The notes beneath the pieces are model-generated. The model was not told the origin of the DNA and did no database searches. It was given only the letters and a program-made list of their open reading frames with translations. Below are positions 59,051 to 64,000 of a stretch of 64,000 nt of DNA, piece by piece; positions within the stretch are counted from its first letter, which is position 1, and the number at the start of each line of letters is the position of its first letter. Source of the DNA: Eledone cirrhosa (lineage: Eukaryota); contig OZ024740.1 in assembly GCA_964016885.1 (NCBI GenBank), positions 386,632,001-386,696,000 of the forward strand, in the 5' to 3' direction. The translations under genes were made by a program, and so were the position numbers.

Positions 59051-61301
59051 AATTCTTAAAACTGAATTCCTCAGTAACTTCATCACAAAAATAACTACAT
59101 CAGTTTACTTGGAATTACCCTGACTTTGAGAGAGGCGACAACGCAAAGAGTTTTTCTTTTTTAAATAAACATAATACCTTCGTAAGAAAAGATTCAAGAA
59201 TATGCACAAGGCGTTTGACACATCCTTTGAAAAGCAACTAATGTTCTCAGATATAACACATTCTGTCTTGTTTCTCACTATTGCTTTTCAATAGGCCCAT
59301 GTACTCATGATTAAAATTCATCAATTGGTTACGGCGACACTGGTGTCAACCTGCTTTCGGCCTTTGTCTTCCCCTTGGTTGGCGCTTTAGATAAGTTCTT
59401 AAATTACAGCGTTGTATTAAACAGTGATATACGGGGTCAATATAATATATCATAAATGTAGACACCAGCACGAAAGGCTATTGTTAACAGTGATACAGAG
59501 ACAAATGAAGATGATAGACATTGCCAAACTGTTGGAAGGTCCAGAAGCTTGTTTTCGCACTCTCCAAGCACATAATTTTAGATAATTTCTCAGAAGTATC
59601 ATATCACATATTTCTATCTAATTAGGATAAAATTATAAAGCACTTTTAATTAATTACGATCTAATTTTACAATGATATAATCAAATCATAAACTAGATTG
59701 AATTAATAAATTTATTCAGTTGAAAAGCAATAGGGAGAAATTATCAACAATGACAATCTTTTGTCATTTTCGAACAAGAGTGTGAAAACAAAACCTACTG
59801 TGTGACAATTACTATTTTTACCAAGTCCTTCCAAATCAAAGGCAGATGTATTGTAATATTTCCATCATTGAATACAAGATCGAGCGAGAGGAGGAGGGGG
59901 CTGTCGCAGACCTGCCAACCTTTAAAAACCCAAACGGGGAAAAAAAGTGCCCCAAAACGAGGAGAAATGAGGCAAAAATGGAGAGATTTTACATAATGAA
60001 AGCTATAACGATTTTCACAAGAGAAGACATCTCTCACACATCCCAAAGTGGGTGGGCGATCTCCTCGTCGGACGGGGAAAGTTGACTGGTCTGCTGTTGC
60101 CATGATTGATGATATTCTTAAGAAACTGGGGAAATTCTTGACAGCATAGGGTATCAAACTAGTAGATTTACTTTGTTTCTGCTTGTATGACACAGTAGTT
60201 ATTCGTATGTGGTGCAGTATGACAGTAAGTATGAACATATTGTATCCTCTCCACTATAAATACATAGCCATACAAAAACAGAACAAGATTTAACTGAAGC
60301 TGCATAAACGTGTAAATAAACACAGTCAGATGTGTTAATGTATGTGTTGTTTATTTTAGCGTATTACTTACTTTGTGGGCCGAAAAAGAATTGAAAAAAC
60401 TAGCTTGAGTTTTAACACCAAATGGAGTCACTTTTTGAGATTGAACAAACCTCTGTCCAGAGAGAGATTCTGGTGGTGATACAGTGAATGAGGAGAGGCT
60501 CGTCATATCAGGAGTGCCTCAGAACATTCTGGGTGAGCAGTCTAATTCTTAAGGAAATTGTTTGAACAGCCTCATTGGTATGCTTTTCTGTTTGTTATTT
60601 TTTTGAAATGTTGTTGTTCTTTGTTCTTGTTTTGAGAAGAAAAGTTAATAAAGTCAAAACTTCAAATAACGTATTTCATGAAGTTTTTAATAAACTCTGC
60701 TTTCTAAATCAGTGAGCACACCCTTGACCAATAATTGGGGGTGGGGTGGGGGGGTTTTGATCATTGCCATAGAGTGCACTGCCTCATTAGCGACAGGTCG
60801 GGGAAGAAGAACTATGGTTATCAGATAAAGCGAATCGTTCATTCTAAATCATTTGACACCAACCCACCCAAATCAGCGTCTGGTTCTATGAAACAAAACC
60901 ACCTATTTTAAAGTGTTCCTATTTAAATTTAAATCTTCCATCAAAATATTTTATAAGAACATGCTGTTATGCTACACATACGATCTTAATAATGGTTTCT
61001 GATTTAAGCACTTGGTCAACAATTTTTGGGGAAGGGGAAAGTCTATTAAATCAATCCCAGTACTATATTATATAAGAAACCATTATGATGATGATGATGA
61101 TGTAATGGTTCCTGATCATCAAATTACTGCTACAATTTTATTAAAAACTAGACCACCCGTGACCCGTTGGGTCACGTTCACTTCAAAATAATTTTTAAAT
61201 AATTAAAATATACACAGATATGTATATAATGGGAAATGAAATTGGAAGGTCCATATATATACGTGTGTGTAGGTATATATATATATATAAATGTGTGTTT
61301 G

Positions 61302-61336
<35 letters not shown>

Positions 61337-61416
61337 ATATATTTATGTGGGTGTCTGTGATCTATATACACTGGTCATAATCACACACACACATATACAC
61401 ACACACACTCACACAC

Positions 61417-61449
<33 letters not shown>

Positions 61450-62074
61450 TCAAAACCACCTCTCTCACATCCATCCTCCTTCTCTGTCTCCTCTCACAAC
61501 CACTATCTCTTTCTCTCTATCCTTCTCTCTGTCTCTGTTTATGAAGGTACCCAGAAAACTCCATATCTCGGGAACACGTGCTCCGATTTACGCGAAACTT
61601 GTTTTATTCCATTTGTACTCCCATTTCAGGGTCAACTTCCTTTCAAAGTATTTTCCCATTTTGCGCCCTTTTGTCTGTATTACATTACAGACAAGCAATC
61701 AAGCAATCACAGAGTAGTATATATATATATATAGATATGGTGATGAAAGGGTTAAAATCAGCCAGATGAAGCTGTACAAAACATATTCAGCTTCGACAGT
61801 TGTAATTAAAAAAGACAAAACTGAAACTTATCTTACAAAAATATTTTATTAAAATAAATATATACTATAAAATATATCTATAATCTTTATGGAATTATTT
61901 TCACGAATATGATTGAGATGCACAGCCGGACTAGAAGTGGTATCACGGCTGGCAGGTGTAGAATCAGTCGGCCGGAATTTGCAGAAGACATATTATTACT
62001 TAACTGGCCAGAAAGTGATGACTCGCTGAAGGGAATGTTTGAGGACTCGGACTCGCACGATCCTCTCGGGAATC

Positions 62075-62167
62075 GAAGAAGAAGAAGAAGAAGAAGAAGA
62101 AGAAGAAGAAGAAGAAGAAGAAGAAGAAGAAGAAGAAGAAGAAGAAGAAGAAGAAGAAGAAGAAGAA

Positions 62168-62217
<50 letters not shown>

Positions 62218-62296
62218 AGAAGAAGAAGAAGAAGAAGAAGAAGAAGAAGAAGAAGAAGAAGAAGAAGAAGAAGAAGAAGAAGAAGAAGAAGACGAA

Positions 62297-62340
<44 letters not shown>

Positions 62341-62427
62341 AGAAGAAGAAGAAGAAGAAGAAGAAGAAGGAGAAGGAGAAGAAGAAGAAGAAGAAGAAGA
62401 AGAAGAAGAAGAAGAAGAAGAAGAAGA
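62075..62427. repeat. Compound (GAA)n/(GAC)n microsatellite
   Basis: Read directly; alternating GAA and GAC blocks. Confidence 0.95.
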
Positions 62428-63630
62428 TATATATATAAAAAATACATATGCATATATAAATATACTCTTATATGAAATATACATATACAAATATATGTTG
62501 TCATATATAAAATATAACACACGTTTTACAATGTAAAAGGGTTAAAAAATATATAATTCTTTTTTTTATAATTCAAAAATATACTCTTTCTGGAATGACT
62601 TCGAAATCCTATGAAATGAATGCTCTGGTAATAAAAATAATTATAGATACATGATTATAAATATGTAAACGAAGGCCGTGGGGGAGTGACTAGATATATG
62701 TTTTGTGTACGAGTGCAAGCATGTGTGTGCGTATAAGTGTGTGTGCGTGCGTATGTGTTTATTTGTTTGTTTGTTTGTGTGTGTGTGCATATGTATGTGT
62801 GTGTGTATGTGTGTTTGTGCGTGTGCGTGTGTGCATGTATGTGTGTATGTGTGCGTGTGTGTATGTGTGCGTGTGCATTGTGTGTGTGTGTGCGTGTGTG
62901 TGTGTGTGTGAGAGTGTTTGTGTGTGTGTGTTTACACATTTTTCTTCTGTCGTTTTTATTCTATAGACACTAACTTGGGGTTAAATGTAAACAGTTAAAT
63001 CAACCTATTATAATCGTTTTAGAGATGTTCCGTTTTAAGTATACAAAATGGCATACATTAAAATGAAAGTGAATTAAAGTGAAAGGAAAAAATTCCACAA
63101 TAAAATGAAGCTGAATTGTTTTGCAGTCTTAGGCAAGATTTTGTTTTCTTTGACTCATACTTGACTGCCTTATCATGTTGAGCGAATTTATTGTTGAGTG
63201 GCAAGTGACAAATAAATCACTCAGAAAAACACTTCACAAATAAATCTTTCAGTTCATCGATTAAAAAAACAAAAAACAATTAAGCAATGATTTAAAATGA
63301 AAAAATAAGCATCTTTCATTTGAATGTCCTTTCAGTTTCATTTGCTTGCATTTGACTGCCATTTCTACCATGACAAGCGACCACGTAGATACTTCATTCT
63401 TTTTGGTGTAGTATAGTGTAGTGAAGAAGTGTAGTGAAGTACAGTGTAGAGTATTATTGGTTCACGGCTTCATTAGGTCTAGTATTATGTAGATGTATAT
63501 TTATGCTTTTAACATTCGTTATTGCCCTATAACAAATTGTTTGTCTTGTTCGTATAGTCAGATCGTTATTATTGGCTCCTTTGTTATTGTTGCCATTGTT
63601 CTTGTTGTCATAGACGTTACATCACTTTTC

Positions 63631-64000
63631 CTACGGCAATGGCATGGGCAAAGAGATAGTTGACGAGGCAGGCTTATGCATGCACACACATCCAATTGAT
63701 ATATTCATATTTTTATTGACGAAAGGATCGTTTGCACTAGCTCGCTCTTGGACAAGGATCTCCAGATACTGTTCCTCACAAACGTGGTTTATTCCAGAGG
63801 CACAGGTTTTCCGACAGCAGCGCCTTTCGAGTAATACCTTTGGAAAGCGATTCTCAACGTTACTATTAAGTTTTGTGTATGATGGGCATAGCATCGTATT
63901 CCTATGGTCGTGGCACGAACTAATGGGAGCGCCATTCGTCATTGAAAGCATTCTGCGAAAACAATTCGCTTCCACAGAAACGGCAATGTAGAATAATACG
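63631..64000 (-). CDS. Interleukin-17-like cystine-knot cytokine (5' end beyond the window)
   Basis: Frame is open to the window edge: VLFYIAVSVEA|NC.. (end of a signal peptide), then LCPSY, NRFPKVL..RCC..C, VCEEQY, ISIGCVC, which match IL-17 family spacing. Confidence 0.8.
   Translation of the reverse strand, partial: VLFYIAVSVEANCFRRMLSMTNGAPISSCHDHRNTMLCPSYTKLNSNVENRFPKVLLERRCCRKTCASGINHVCEEQYLEILVQERASANDPFVNKNMNISIGCVCMHKPASSTISLPMPLP

Noticed and set aside
59795-60238. 147 aa ORF
   Set aside because: No motif support and it overlaps a repeated sequence

Overview
Eukaryotic, repeat-dominated 64 kb window, most likely from an octopod cephalopod (inferred from (TA)n abundance, a SINE family I recognise from octopus genomes, and an IL-17-like gene). 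The only supportable host gene is a partial IL-17-like cytokine at the right edge (minus strand). The rest is nested mobile DNA: a decayed Gypsy element, two non-coding LTR elements with tRNA-Trp primer-binding sites, Tx1/L1, CRE, CR1, RTE and RLE-type LINE fragments, Helitron-like units, SINEs and several Penelope-like elements (PLEs). The strongest signal absent from the ORF track is roughly 28 type I hammerhead ribozyme (HHR) motifs, counted by eye and including degenerate copies. They sit in PLE pseudo-LTR (pLTR)-like units between (TA)n tracts and show covarying stems, recurrent non-canonical core variants, and inverted duplications that often break inside the ribozyme. All coordinates were read manually and may be off by a few bases.
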